From positions 8,456 through 72,455 of IMG/VR virus record IMGVR_UViG_3300038701_002052: DNA of 64,000 nt; one strand, written 5' to 3'. Made by a program: the position numbers and the translations under genes. Below the pieces are notes generated by a model, which did not search any database, was not told the origin of the DNA, and saw nothing but the letters and a program-made list of their open reading frames with translations. Shown piece after piece: positions 43,157 through 52,033 of this stretch. Origin of the DNA: a virus. Positions within the stretch are counted from its first letter, which is position 1. Every line of letters begins with the position of its first letter.

Positions 43157-43872
43157 GTGGCCTTGTATTGACCCGGCAGCATGCGGCCAAGGTGGTCAAG
43201 GTGGTCGGTGCCGGTCTGTGTTCCGGTGTTGGTGTTCCAGAGCCGGGGAAGATGTGTGTTGAGGCGGCGGTTTGCTATGCGCTGGGGTTGCCACACGGCG
43301 ATGATCCGGAGTGCGTGGGGAGTGCTGTTCGTGCTGCGAAGATCGCCCTGAACGATTTGGCTTGGAGCAGTGACAAGGCGAGGGGTTTGGGAATGATGAA
43401 GGTGGCTGTTGCTCAGCTTGGTAGCGATCAGATTGACCAGGTTGAGTTTTCGAAGCGGCTTGTGTTGAAGCAGGTGAACACGATTCTCGCCGACATGCTG
43501 GAAAGTTGTGGAATGTCTCGTGAGGCTGAGTTATGCCGGGTTGCCGTCACGCTAGAAGCGGCGAGGTCGGCGGCGGAGTCGGCGGCGTGGTCGGCGGCGG
43601 AGTCGGCGGCGTGGTCGGCGGCGAGGTCGGCGGCGAGGTCGGCGGCGGAGTCGGCGGCGGAGTCGGCGGAGTCGGCGGCGTGGTCGGCGGCGGAGTCGGC
43701 GGCGTGGTCGGCGGAGTCGGCGGCGTGGTCGGCGGCGGAGTCGGCGGCGTGGTCGGCGGAGTTGGGAGATGCTGTCTTGGTGCGCTTTGCCGGCCTCATT
43801 CTTGAGGTGTTGGTTGAGCTGGATTCCCCCGGCGTTCAATGGCTGCATTTGTGCGAGGAGGTGGAGCCATGA
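43153..43872 (+). CDS. Hypothetical protein with SAA(E/W/R) tandem repeats
   Basis: GKMCVEAAVCYALGLPHGDDPECV followed by an Ala-rich repeat. Confidence 0.65.
   Translation: MSGLVLTRQHAAKVVKVVGAGLCSGVGVPEPGKMCVEAAVCYALGLPHGDDPECVGSAVRAAKIALNDLAWSSDKARGLGMMKVAVAQLGSDQIDQVEFSKRLVLKQVNTILADMLESCGMSREAELCRVAVTLEAARSAAESAAWSAAESAAWSAARSAARSAAESAAESAESAAWSAAESAAWSAESAAWSAAESAAWSAELGDAVLVRFAGLILEVLVELDSPGVQWLHLCEEVEP
43561..43761 (+). repeat. Coding tandem repeat with 12/9-nt units (NNGTCGGCGGCG)
   Basis: GAG/TGG/AGG-TCG-GCG-GCG units. Confidence 0.85.
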
Positions 43873-44204
43873 GCGAGATCAACATCACCCGGTTGTTTCG
43901 GGAGGAATCATCGTTCGTGCCGTTCGACATCAGCAACAACGTGGCGACGTTGGGGGATGATGCTGGGAAGTTGACGTGGGGTGCGGCTGTTGAATGCGCT
44001 GAGGACGAATCGCTGTTGAACACGGAGGACTTGCGCGATGAGTTCCGAGACTACGTTCACGGCTTTGGTGCATGGGGCACGATCAGGCATGGTATCTTGA
44101 GAACCCAGTCTCGATCATCTCGTCGAGGATTAGGAAGCCGGATCAGATCATCCAGCCTTATGAGTTCGGTCATGACGCCAGCAAGAAGACGTGCCTTTGG
44201 TTGA
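43869..44204 (+). pseudogene. Hypothetical gene apparently truncated after FGAW
   Basis: Coding-like until RDYVHGFGAW, then Arg/Ser-rich out-of-frame text that overlaps the MTase fragment. Confidence 0.4.
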
Positions 44205-44425
44205 ACGGGTTGCCGTTGTTTGAGCCGACGGAGCGCATTGAGCCGAGGATGGTTGGCGGTCGACCTCGTTGGTCGAACCAGACCGACAGCGGGCAGAACA
44301 GGCTTGGTCCTTCCGAGGGGCGCGAGAAGGAGAGAAGTAGGGCCTATCAGGGGATTGCGTATGCGATGGGTTCTCAATGGGGCGCATGTAAACTGAAACT
44401 ACGGGCAATGAAAGGAACATCATGA
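44072..44425 (+). pseudogene. C-terminal fragment of a C5-cytosine DNA methyltransferase-like gene
   Basis: YLENPVSIISSRIRKPDQIIQPYEFGH..KKTCLWLNGLP...RSRAYQGIAYAMGSQWG; SAM-binding motif I and the catalytic PC are absent. Confidence 0.65.
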
Positions 44426-44664
44426 ATACTGATTATGCGTCGGTTAAATCCAGTGCGTTCGCTCTGGGTTCGGTCAACAATGGTTACTTTGGAGGTAGGA
44501 CCGAGTGCTTGTTCGCGCTGGTGGGCAACCACGTTGTGGCGGTTCACGACGGCGGGTATGCCTGTTTTGGGAACGCGAAGCCGGTTGTGGATCGATCCGA
44601 GGCGCTGTTTTACTTGGAGCGTGGATGGTTTCGCGGTGGTGAGAGAATTACTGAAAGGTTTTGA
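44422..44664 (+). CDS. Hypothetical protein
   Basis: Coupled ORF. Confidence 0.45.
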   Translation: MNTDYASVKSSAFALGSVNNGYFGGRTECLFALVGNHVVAVHDGGYACFGNAKPVVDRSEALFYLERGWFRGGERITERF

Positions 44665-44667
44665 ATC

Positions 44668-45078
44668 ATGAAACACACAATCATTCTTGCGGCGCTGTTG
44701 GCGGCCGGTTCGTGCTCTGGTGAGCCGGTTGACCGGCTGTTGGACGCCATTCGTTTTGTTGAGTCGTCGTCACGTCCTCCTCATCTGGTTCCAGATGGGG
44801 ATGGAGGGGCGAGCATCGGGCCGTTCCAGATCGGGCGGCTTTATTGGATGGACAGCGGGGTTGATGGGGAGTGGGAGGACTGCCGTGACCTTGAGTATTC
44901 GAGACGGGTTGTCCTGGCCTATTTCCGGAGATACGGGAAGGAGGCGTTGAGGGTTGGTGATTGGGAGAGGCTGGCGAGGATGCACAACGGCGGTCCTCGC
45001 GGCCATTTGAAGCAGGCCACACGGACCTATTGGTTCAAGGTGGAGAGGCGCATGCAACGTGCGGGCGAAGTCAACTGA
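44668..45078 (+). CDS. i-type lysozyme/destabilase-like muramidase with a signal peptide
   Basis: AIRFVES, DGGASIGPFQI..YWMD, LARMHNGGPRG; N-terminus MKHTIILAALLAAGSC. Confidence 0.75.
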   Translation: MKHTIILAALLAAGSCSGEPVDRLLDAIRFVESSSRPPHLVPDGDGGASIGPFQIGRLYWMDSGVDGEWEDCRDLEYSRRVVLAYFRRYGKEALRVGDWERLARMHNGGPRGHLKQATRTYWFKVERRMQRAGEVN

Positions 45079-45103
45079 AACTACGGTCAACACACAAAAC
45101 ATC

Positions 45104-46879
45104 ATGGATACAGAAACAAGCACGGAAGACATGGAAGAAACCAATGAATTCACAGGCGAGGCGACGTATTGCCCCGAGGACAACAAGCTTAGGCTTTACG
45201 TCGGCTGGGTTGAGCGTTCCGAGTATGAGAAGTTGCGGTCTGAGGGGTGGGTGGCGACGCCGAAGCAGGATTGCGACTTCGTTGCGACATGGACACCTGA
45301 TCGGGAGGACACGGCCATTGAATACGCTGGAGTGATCGGAGATGAGGACGTGTCGCCCCAGGATCGGGCCGTTGACCGCGCGGAGCGGTTTGCCGGGTAT
45401 CGTGACAAACGGCTTGGTGAGGCCGTGGGGCATGCGGACCGTTATGACGCGGGTCCGGCAGCTCATGGCTACCAATCAGAGAAGCGGGCTGAGAGGGCAG
45501 CGATGAGGCATGACCGCATGGCTGCAAGGTCGCTGTCGTCATGGGACAAGGCGGATTACTGGGTTGGGCGAACGAATGGAGTGATCAACAATGCGCTCTA
45601 CAAGTCCAGTCCTGGTGTTCGGATGGGGCGGATAAAGGAGATCGAGAAGGAGCTTCGACAGGCACAGAAGGCCGTTGATAAATACCGGGAAGACTACAAG
45701 CGTACGCAGGAGTATCTGGAGGCTCCTGACGAGTGTTTCGAATACCTGAAGAGCAAGTTCGATTACAAGGGCTGGTCGGATCGGGACATCATTGCGTCCA
45801 TACTTCAAACAATTGGCAGTTATGGCAAATACACACACCCTCGGCTGCCTGATGTGACAGGGACCTTGTATTCACTGGCCGGACGGGAAGATGATCCGAT
45901 CACTCTGAAAGAGGGACTGGAGTTGTATCTTGCCAGGCGCATCGACCCTGACAGTGAGGGTTACGCGTCGGTTGGGGCTATGAGGTGGATCAATCATTGC
46001 AACCTTCGCCTTGGGTATGAGAACCAGATGCTTGAAGCACAGGGCGGCCGGGCGGCGATGATTGAGATGGAGGTTGGCGGGAAGATTGGTGGCTACACCA
46101 TCCGCAAGGTGAACAAGTCGGCTGCTACGGGCCGTGTCGTGTCGGTCACCGTGAAAGCAAAGGGTGACCGGTGGGGCAACACAAGTGAAGGGTTTCACAT
46201 GGCCGTCATCAACATCGAGCGTCTCCCGATCGAGTCCTACACGGCACCGACCGATGAGGACAAGGCGGCGCTCAAGGCCGAGATTGCGGCTGAGAAAAAA
46301 GCCAAGCCCAAGGTGAAGCCGATCCCGTTCATCAATCCGACCATGGAGGACGCCATCAGGCTGCAGGATATCTGGAACGAGCATCGGAACAAGCATTGGG
46401 ACAGGGATCCGAAAAAGGTCCTGTCCTGTCCGCAGAAGTGGTATTCGGCGAATTCGAAGGGCAGCTATTCGCGGTGTGAAACGGTTCTTCTTACGGGTGG
46501 CGGGCTGGAGAGCCGTGAAGGCTCCGGTTTCATGAGGCGACCCGATTGCCCTGTCGTGGTCAAAGTCAGGTCCCATGATGGGGCGGTTGTTGTTATAAAT
46601 GACAAGCCTCAGAAGCCACTCCCTGGTGAGTTGTGGATCGATCCTCGCGTCGAGATGAGGGAGGATGTCGAGCGGCGCATCCTGGAGCTTCGGTCCATCA
46701 TGACCCCGAGTTATCTGAGTGACGAGATTTGGAATCACGAACTAGTTCGGAAAGGTCGGATTGTAGGGTTGGCTTACATCGACAGCATGAGCCAGTTTGG
46801 TCTCACGTCCGAGGGGAACAAGATCGCGCTGGAGCGTGCTGGAGTGAAGACAGGGCTGAAGGCTGAGGTGGCTGGATGA
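45104..46879 (+). CDS. DUF3560-like protein (N-terminal module of plasmid/phage large MTase-associated proteins)
   Basis: ATYCPEDNKLRLY, ATPKQ..F.A.WTP.RED, RAERF..Y, ADYW..R..G...ALYK..P.VR..RIKEIE. Confidence 0.7.
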   Translation: MDTETSTEDMEETNEFTGEATYCPEDNKLRLYVGWVERSEYEKLRSEGWVATPKQDCDFVATWTPDREDTAIEYAGVIGDEDVSPQDRAVDRAERFAGYRDKRLGEAVGHADRYDAGPAAHGYQSEKRAERAAMRHDRMAARSLSSWDKADYWVGRTNGVINNALYKSSPGVRMGRIKEIEKELRQAQKAVDKYREDYKRTQEYLEAPDECFEYLKSKFDYKGWSDRDIIASILQTIGSYGKYTHPRLPDVTGTLYSLAGREDDPITLKEGLELYLARRIDPDSEGYASVGAMRWINHCNLRLGYENQMLEAQGGRAAMIEMEVGGKIGGYTIRKVNKSAATGRVVSVTVKAKGDRWGNTSEGFHMAVINIERLPIESYTAPTDEDKAALKAEIAAEKKAKPKVKPIPFINPTMEDAIRLQDIWNEHRNKHWDRDPKKVLSCPQKWYSANSKGSYSRCETVLLTGGGLESREGSGFMRRPDCPVVVKVRSHDGAVVVINDKPQKPLPGELWIDPRVEMREDVERRILELRSIMTPSYLSDEIWNHELVRKGRIVGLAYIDSMSQFGLTSEGNKIALERAGVKTGLKAEVAG

Positions 46880-47520
46880 GTGCGTTCAACCGGCTGCATG
46901 AATTGCGGATGGAGAACGATGCTGTCCGGTATTCCATGGACGAGCAGCGGACCCGTTTTGAGCGCATGCGGAATCGGCATGCGAACGGCACCGCCTCGCG
47001 TGCTGTCGTGGTCCATCAGTTGTTTCAGACGCCTGTTGGTATCGTGTCCCGCATGATGGGGTTGGTTGGCGACCTTGCAGGGGCGCGTGTTCTGGAGCCA
47101 TCTGCGGGGCTTGGGCGGTTGTTGGATGGGGTTGCGGCCATGCGGCCCCATTCCGTGACCGCGGTCGAGATAGACCCGAAGTGTGCTGGTGAGCTTTACC
47201 GGCAGGACCGGGATCGCGTGAAGATACTTCAACGTGATTTCCTTTCGGTGTCACCGGACGAGACGGGGTTGTTTGACGCTGTGATCATGAACCCGCCTTT
47301 CACCATGAGGTCAGACATCCGGCATATCGAGCACGCGTTGAAGTTCGTGAATACAGGAGGCGTGCTGGTGGCGTTGTGCATGGACACGAGGCATCGAGTC
47401 GAGGCGTTGAAGGACAGGAGCGACCACTGGGAGCAGATCCCGGCGGGCGCATTCAAGGAATCAGGAACGGGCATCGCAACTGTGATGCTTAGGATCACCA
47501 ACAAAAAGGACACACAATGA
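46876..47520 (+). CDS. N6-adenine (amino) DNA methyltransferase
   Basis: QLFQTP, VLEPSAGLG (motif I), VEID, DFL, VIMNPPF (motif IV). Confidence 0.85.
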   Translation: MSAFNRLHELRMENDAVRYSMDEQRTRFERMRNRHANGTASRAVVVHQLFQTPVGIVSRMMGLVGDLAGARVLEPSAGLGRLLDGVAAMRPHSVTAVEIDPKCAGELYRQDRDRVKILQRDFLSVSPDETGLFDAVIMNPPFTMRSDIRHIEHALKFVNTGGVLVALCMDTRHRVEALKDRSDHWEQIPAGAFKESGTGIATVMLRITNKKDTQ

Positions 47521-47879
47521 GAGCAGATGATGTGATGCAGCTATTGGCCTCCAGACCATACGAGGAGGTTCGCGATGAGGAAGGCGGGGAGATTGACATT
47601 CGCCTTGTTCATGGTGGGTGGAAGCCTGCCACCTACTTCCAGGTGATCGGGTCGGAACGTGAATGTGAGAAATGCGGTGGGCATGAGGAGAGGGTTTTTG
47701 ATCTGCAGGATCGGATCAGAAAAGTTGAGGTGATTCTCAAATCTGCGCTTGAGATTATGATGGATCGTCCGAAATGCGTCACCAAGTTGATGGAGGACCC
47801 CCGTGAGGCAAATGAGTTCGATGGTTGGTGCGGGGACATTGCATGTGAATTACGTGATGCACGGAGGCAGTTGTCATGA
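47517..47879 (+). CDS. Hypothetical protein
   Basis: Coupled ORF. Confidence 0.5.
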   Translation: MRADDVMQLLASRPYEEVRDEEGGEIDIRLVHGGWKPATYFQVIGSERECEKCGGHEERVFDLQDRIRKVEVILKSALEIMMDRPKCVTKLMEDPREANEFDGWCGDIACELRDARRQLS

Positions 47880-48121
47880 GTGCCCGCACTGAACACATTC
47901 ACCACGTCCTGATCGCGTTGATGGGGGATCTGGAGAGTGACGGGTATTCCGTCGAGGAGATCAGTGAGGAGATGGTATATCTCGTCATGGCCATGTCCCA
48001 TCACCTGAAAGGCGACATGGGGCGGCCGTTCATCCGGCGCTGTGAGGATCGGATTGAAGGCGTCGAGAACGCGCTGGAATGGTTCCATCCGGAGGGGGGA
48101 GGGGTGAATGCAAACAATTGA
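47876..48121 (+). CDS. Hypothetical protein
   Basis: Coupled ORF. Confidence 0.5.
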   Translation: MSARTEHIHHVLIALMGDLESDGYSVEEISEEMVYLVMAMSHHLKGDMGRPFIRRCEDRIEGVENALEWFHPEGGGVNANN

Positions 48122-48596
48122 ACGCATTGATTCCTCTGTGTTGTTCCGCGAGATCGTGGGCAAGACGTCCCGCAGTGACAAGCTGAGGCGTCGGGTCGGT
48201 GATGTCGTCCGCAAGATGACGGGCCGTGATTCGATCTACCTGTTCGACCAGTCAGGTGTCGAGGATGGGGTGAAGATCAACGTCTATCACTTCATTCTCG
48301 ATTGCCTGGAAGGCGGGTTTGAGGAGGTGGAGATACCGGGCCGGGAATTCGCCTCCGTGGAGGCCGAGACGCCGGTGGTCAAGGTGCCCGAGGGGATGAC
48401 GCCGGGGCAGTTGAGCGAGTGGCTCAACGCCCACGAGAAGCGCATCATGAGGCGCGTTGACAACGTGGTCAGTGATCGTGTGGCGGATCGTTACGAGATC
48501 ATGCAGGCACTCCGCGAGGAGGTGGTGAACATCGTGTCGGTGGCGTTCAGCGGAGTCGCTGAGACGCTCAATGAAATGCTGTCAGGAAACAAATAG
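48108..48596 (+). CDS. Hypothetical protein
   Basis: Coupled ORF. Confidence 0.5.
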   Translation: MQTIERIDSSVLFREIVGKTSRSDKLRRRVGDVVRKMTGRDSIYLFDQSGVEDGVKINVYHFILDCLEGGFEEVEIPGREFASVEAETPVVKVPEGMTPGQLSEWLNAHEKRIMRRVDNVVSDRVADRYEIMQALREEVVNIVSVAFSGVAETLNEMLSGNK

Positions 48597-48610
48597 AAGG
48601 GTAAGTGATC

Positions 48611-49012
48611 ATGAAATACAAAGTGACGATGATGCGTGAGGAGAAACGATTGCACGTATTCGAAGTGGAGGCTGAGGATAGCGTCGATGCTGCCGACAAG
48701 GCACTCACCTTGTCCAGCAATCACGATTACCGCGAAGACCGCGTTTGGTATTCTGATGAATACGTGGAGGAGGTCAAGTTGGACGAAACTGACCCGCCTA
48801 TCCGCTACTACGCCGTGACTGGACGGGTTACTGGAGATGATGAGGAAACTACATACTGTTTTGAATGCCGGTCCCGCGACGAGGCTGTTGAGGCATTCAC
48901 AAAGGTGATGACGGAGGGGGTCCACATGTTTGAGATCTTGGAACTATACGGAGAGTTTTGTACCCACATCTCCTCCGTCCTCTCCTCCTCGTCACCCATA
49001 GGAATCGACTGA
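48611..49012 (+). CDS. Hypothetical acidic protein
   Basis: Two similar small domains (F/V-E-x-x-S...A). Confidence 0.5.
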   Translation: MKYKVTMMREEKRLHVFEVEAEDSVDAADKALTLSSNHDYREDRVWYSDEYVEEVKLDETDPPIRYYAVTGRVTGDDEETTYCFECRSRDEAVEAFTKVMTEGVHMFEILELYGEFCTHISSVLSSSSPIGID

Positions 49013-49048
49013 AACAGCCAAACAACAGAAATACACACCATGAAAATA
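48966..49048 (+). repeat. 83-bp direct repeat, copy 1
   Basis: Matches 49495-49577 with 2 mismatches. Confidence 0.9.
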
Positions 49049-49270
49049 GGGATCAGGAAGATAAAAGACGGATTGTTCCGGACTTACTACGACCTGGGTG
49101 GGGGTGAAACCACCATCCCGTTCAAGACATACGAGGAAGCGGCGTTGCTCAAGGAAGGCTTGGAACGCGCTGTTGAAGAATTAGAATCAATTCGTCGCAC
49201 AAAGGCGCTTAAGGAAAGGCTCTACCACCAATCCAAAGAGCAGGGATTTCGGCTCACTTCGGCATCCTGA
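49040..49270 (+). CDS. Hypothetical protein
   Basis: Inside the repeat-flanked segment. Confidence 0.5.
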   Translation: MKIGIRKIKDGLFRTYYDLGGGETTIPFKTYEEAALLKEGLERAVEELESIRRTKALKERLYHQSKEQGFRLTSAS

Positions 49271-49291
49271 CAGTTTTTTCTAGTTTACATT

Positions 49292-49489
49292 ATGAACATG
49301 GAAGATACGCCAAGAGACCAACAGGAATGCTTACTGCGCGACTTCTTGAGAAGAATGCTAGGCGCAACTGGCGACAAACGGGAAGTGGAACGAGCCGTGA
49401 ATGCCCTGAATGACAGCCTGTATGGACACGGATTTGACTTGAGTATGAGATATGACCACCGAGACGGGAGCGCTGACATTGTGGGGTAA
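49292..49489 (+). CDS. Hypothetical protein
   Basis: Inside the repeat-flanked segment. Confidence 0.45.
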   Translation: MNMEDTPRDQQECLLRDFLRRMLGATGDKREVERAVNALNDSLYGHGFDLSMRYDHRDGSADIVG

Positions 49490-49494
49490 CATCT

Positions 49495-49577
49495 ACATCT
49501 CCTCCGTCCTCTCCTCCTCGTCACCCATAGGAATCGACTGAAACAACCAAACAACAGAAATATACACCATGAAAATA
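49495..49577 (+). repeat. 83-bp direct repeat, copy 2
   Basis: Matches 48966-49048. Confidence 0.9.
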
Positions 49578-50117
49578 CACAAGAAGATCGCCATTGAGAA
49601 AGCCGTATCCAAGGACAAGACCCGCTCCGCTATCTGCGAACCATACCTGGACGTGTCAGACAAGAACAATCCGGTCATGGTCGCAACGAACGGCTGGATC
49701 ATGTCCGTGGTTCCCGTCGAGGTTCAGGACGATGACGAGAGTGGTTATGTGAGTAAGGAAGCCTTGGCGGCTGCCCGGAAAAGCGCCGTGATGGATGAGT
49801 GCGAGATCAGGCTCAACGGCAAGGCCGAGATACCGTCATCTGGAATGGTGATGGGGCGCGAGGGTCTGGCTGGCGAGAGTCGATACCCGAACTGGCGGCA
49901 GGTGATGCCTGATTACGACGAGAAGGACAAGGGTTTCACGGTGATCGCCTTGAACGCGAAAATGCTGCTCGATCTCGCGCTCAGCATGGGACACGAGTGG
50001 GTCAAGCTCGTCATCAAGGATTCGAACAGCCCGATAGGGGTTTCACCGAGCCCTACAGACCGGTCCTATGTCCCCACGAACGCGAAGGGTGTGATCATGC
50101 CCATATACCTGAAGTAA
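49569..50117 (+). CDS. DNA polymerase III beta-clamp-like protein (shortened)
   Basis: SKDKTR..I, MVATNGW, RYPNWRQVMP, IALNAKML, SPI...GVIMPI. Confidence 0.65.
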   Translation: MKIHKKIAIEKAVSKDKTRSAICEPYLDVSDKNNPVMVATNGWIMSVVPVEVQDDDESGYVSKEALAAARKSAVMDECEIRLNGKAEIPSSGMVMGREGLAGESRYPNWRQVMPDYDEKDKGFTVIALNAKMLLDLALSMGHEWVKLVIKDSNSPIGVSPSPTDRSYVPTNAKGVIMPIYLK

Positions 50118-50321
50118 CAACCCTCAACCCCGCCGTGTGCGGGCATGGTCGCCGGGGAGAGCATATTGGCAAGGTGAACTCCGGATGCGTCGGGCCGGCA
50201 CGCCCACGATAGGCGCTGACGGGAACAATTGGACAACAAATCGACCCTTAGAAATCGAGCGTTGTTCTGAGACGAACCCGGCGACCATTCCCCCACACGG
50301 CACAAATGAAAGACATCAAGA

Positions 50322-50513
50322 ATGGACATCGATGAGCTTAAACGCAAAGCCGACGCGAAAGGTGTGGACGTGCTGGTCTCGGTGGTCTCAGGAACCTGCA
50401 AGGCCGTGATGCCTGAGCACCGGAAAACCGTTGTAACTGAACAGGACGAATTTGGCATTTACTACACCGATGAACATGTTGCCTACGTCCGCATGCCGAA
50501 GGTATCAGTATGA
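50322..50513 (+). CDS. Hypothetical protein
   Basis: Small ORF in the early arm. Confidence 0.45.
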   Translation: MDIDELKRKADAKGVDVLVSVVSGTCKAVMPEHRKTVVTEQDEFGIYYTDEHVAYVRMPKVSV

Positions 50514-50692
50514 CAGCTAAGAAAAATAAACCGCGCAAGTATAGGCCCTCGCGCAACTGTAAAGGATGCGGCTGTATTGTGCGGGACCGATTGGAGCAAA
50601 TAACCGAATGGTATGGGGTATTGCACCGCGGCACCTGCGGATGTGGCCGTGTGGTTGATCAAGGGTACGGATGGGAACCCGCTGCACCATAG
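50510..50692 (+). CDS. Small zinc-finger protein
   Basis: CKGCG...CGCG. Confidence 0.45.
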   Translation: MTAKKNKPRKYRPSRNCKGCGCIVRDRLEQITEWYGVLHRGTCGCGRVVDQGYGWEPAAP

Positions 50693-50732
50693 CTCGAAAA
50701 GTTGAAAAACCGTTTTTAGAACCGTTTGAATC

Positions 50733-50918
50733 ATGAAAGACATCACGAAAAGCACATTCCACTCAGAACGCTACAAGGACGGATTCATCCAATCCCATTA
50801 CGAAGGGATTGGTGAACGTTCCGTTGTCCGCGTCATCCTCGGCGACGGGGAGATCAGGGACGCCAAGTCCATCCGGGGTGCCAAGGCCATGATCACCCGA
50901 ACCATACCAAAGCGATGA
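50733..50918 (+). CDS. Hypothetical protein
   Basis: KSIRGAKAMIT motif. Confidence 0.5.
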   Translation: MKDITKSTFHSERYKDGFIQSHYEGIGERSVVRVILGDGEIRDAKSIRGAKAMITRTIPKR

Positions 50919-51103
50919 ATACCAATCGCGTGAAAGCTGTCTCTGGATCACCTATTGAGCTTGTCCTGCTCGATTGTGGGAAACACTGGGGACGCACGGC
51001 TGGTCGATGCCGAAAATGCGCTTATGCGGGCCTTCATTCAGGTGAACGGAACCGTTCTCTCGTCAACGCCATCCGACGATTGGAAGACACAGGCATCAAC
51101 TGA
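50915..51103 (+). CDS. Hypothetical protein
   Basis: Coupled ORF. Confidence 0.4.
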   Translation: MNTNRVKAVSGSPIELVLLDCGKHWGRTAGRCRKCAYAGLHSGERNRSLVNAIRRLEDTGIN

Positions 51104-51112
51104 CAAAACATC

Positions 51113-51772
51113 ATGACATACGAAGAACTTGAATCGAGGATCGGGAAGCAGGACAAGGATTTATGGCACCAACACACAAACGGTGGTGGTTGGGTTCATG
51201 GATCAGCCACTGTTGGTGAATCAGCGTTTATTGGCGTAAATGCTATCGTGTGGGGAGTGGTCGCAGGCGACGCGTGGGTCGCAGGCGACGCGAGGGTCGC
51301 AGGCAACGCGAGGGTCGAAGGCAACGCGAGGGTCGAAGGCAACGCGAGGGTCGAAGGCAACGCGTGGGTCGCAGGCAACGCGAGGGTCGAAGGCGACGCG
51401 AGGATTGCAGGCAACGCGAGGGTCGCAGGCAACGCGAGGGTCGAAGGCAACGCGTGGGTCGAAGGCGACGCGAGGATTGCAGGCGACGCGAGGGTCGAAG
51501 GCAACGCGAGGGTCGCAGGCAACGCGAGGATTGCAGGCAACGCGACGGTCGAAGGCGACGCGTGGGACAAACCAGTGCTTTATGTTTTGGATTCTCGTGG
51601 ACATGGATGTAGCAACACAAAACACGGATGGTTGAGAATTGGGTGCGAGTGTCACACATTCGACGAATGGGTTTCCAGGTTTGACGCAATCGCGAGAAAA
51701 CATGGTCTGAGTGACGATGAAATGATTGAGTACAAGTCCATCGTGGAACTTTTCAAGAAGATCGGTAAGTGA
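51113..51772 (+). CDS. Hexapeptide-repeat (left-handed beta-helix-like) protein
   Basis: WHQHTNGGGWV followed by (V-A/E-G-N/D-A-R/W)n and IGCECHT..EW. Confidence 0.8.
   Translation: MTYEELESRIGKQDKDLWHQHTNGGGWVHGSATVGESAFIGVNAIVWGVVAGDAWVAGDARVAGNARVEGNARVEGNARVEGNAWVAGNARVEGDARIAGNARVAGNARVEGNAWVEGDARIAGDARVEGNARVAGNARIAGNATVEGDAWDKPVLYVLDSRGHGCSNTKHGWLRIGCECHTFDEWVSRFDAIARKHGLSDDEMIEYKSIVELFKKIGK
51259..51565 (+). repeat. Coding 18-bp tandem repeat
   Basis: GTCG(C/A)AGGC(A/G)ACGCG(A/T)GG units, about 17 copies. Confidence 0.9.
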
Positions 51773-51787
51773 CCAACGGCGGGCATC

Positions 51788-52024
51788 ATGAAACGAATCA
51801 ACAACAACAAGGACAGGGCGCAACGTGCGTTGCACTCCGTCAATGAATACAAGGCGTATTGTGGTGAGACCGTATCGGATCGCGTTGAGACGGTCACGGA
51901 CCTGCTATGCGACCTGATGCACCTGTGCGATCGGCTGGGTGTTGATTTTGACACGCGGGTCGTGAGCGCACGCTTTCACCATGACGAAGAGATCAGGGAA
52001 GAGAACGAAGATGCAACAAACTGA
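51788..52024 (+). CDS. Hypothetical protein
   Basis: VTDLLCDLMHLCD motif. Confidence 0.6.
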   Translation: MKRINNNKDRAQRALHSVNEYKAYCGETVSDRVETVTDLLCDLMHLCDRLGVDFDTRVVSARFHHDEEIREENEDATN

Positions 52025-52033
52025 ACACACACC

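Noticed and set aside
48966-49577. Diversity-generating retroelement TR/VR pair
   Set aside because: Only two mismatches, not confined to adenines of one strand, and no reverse transcriptase in the window.
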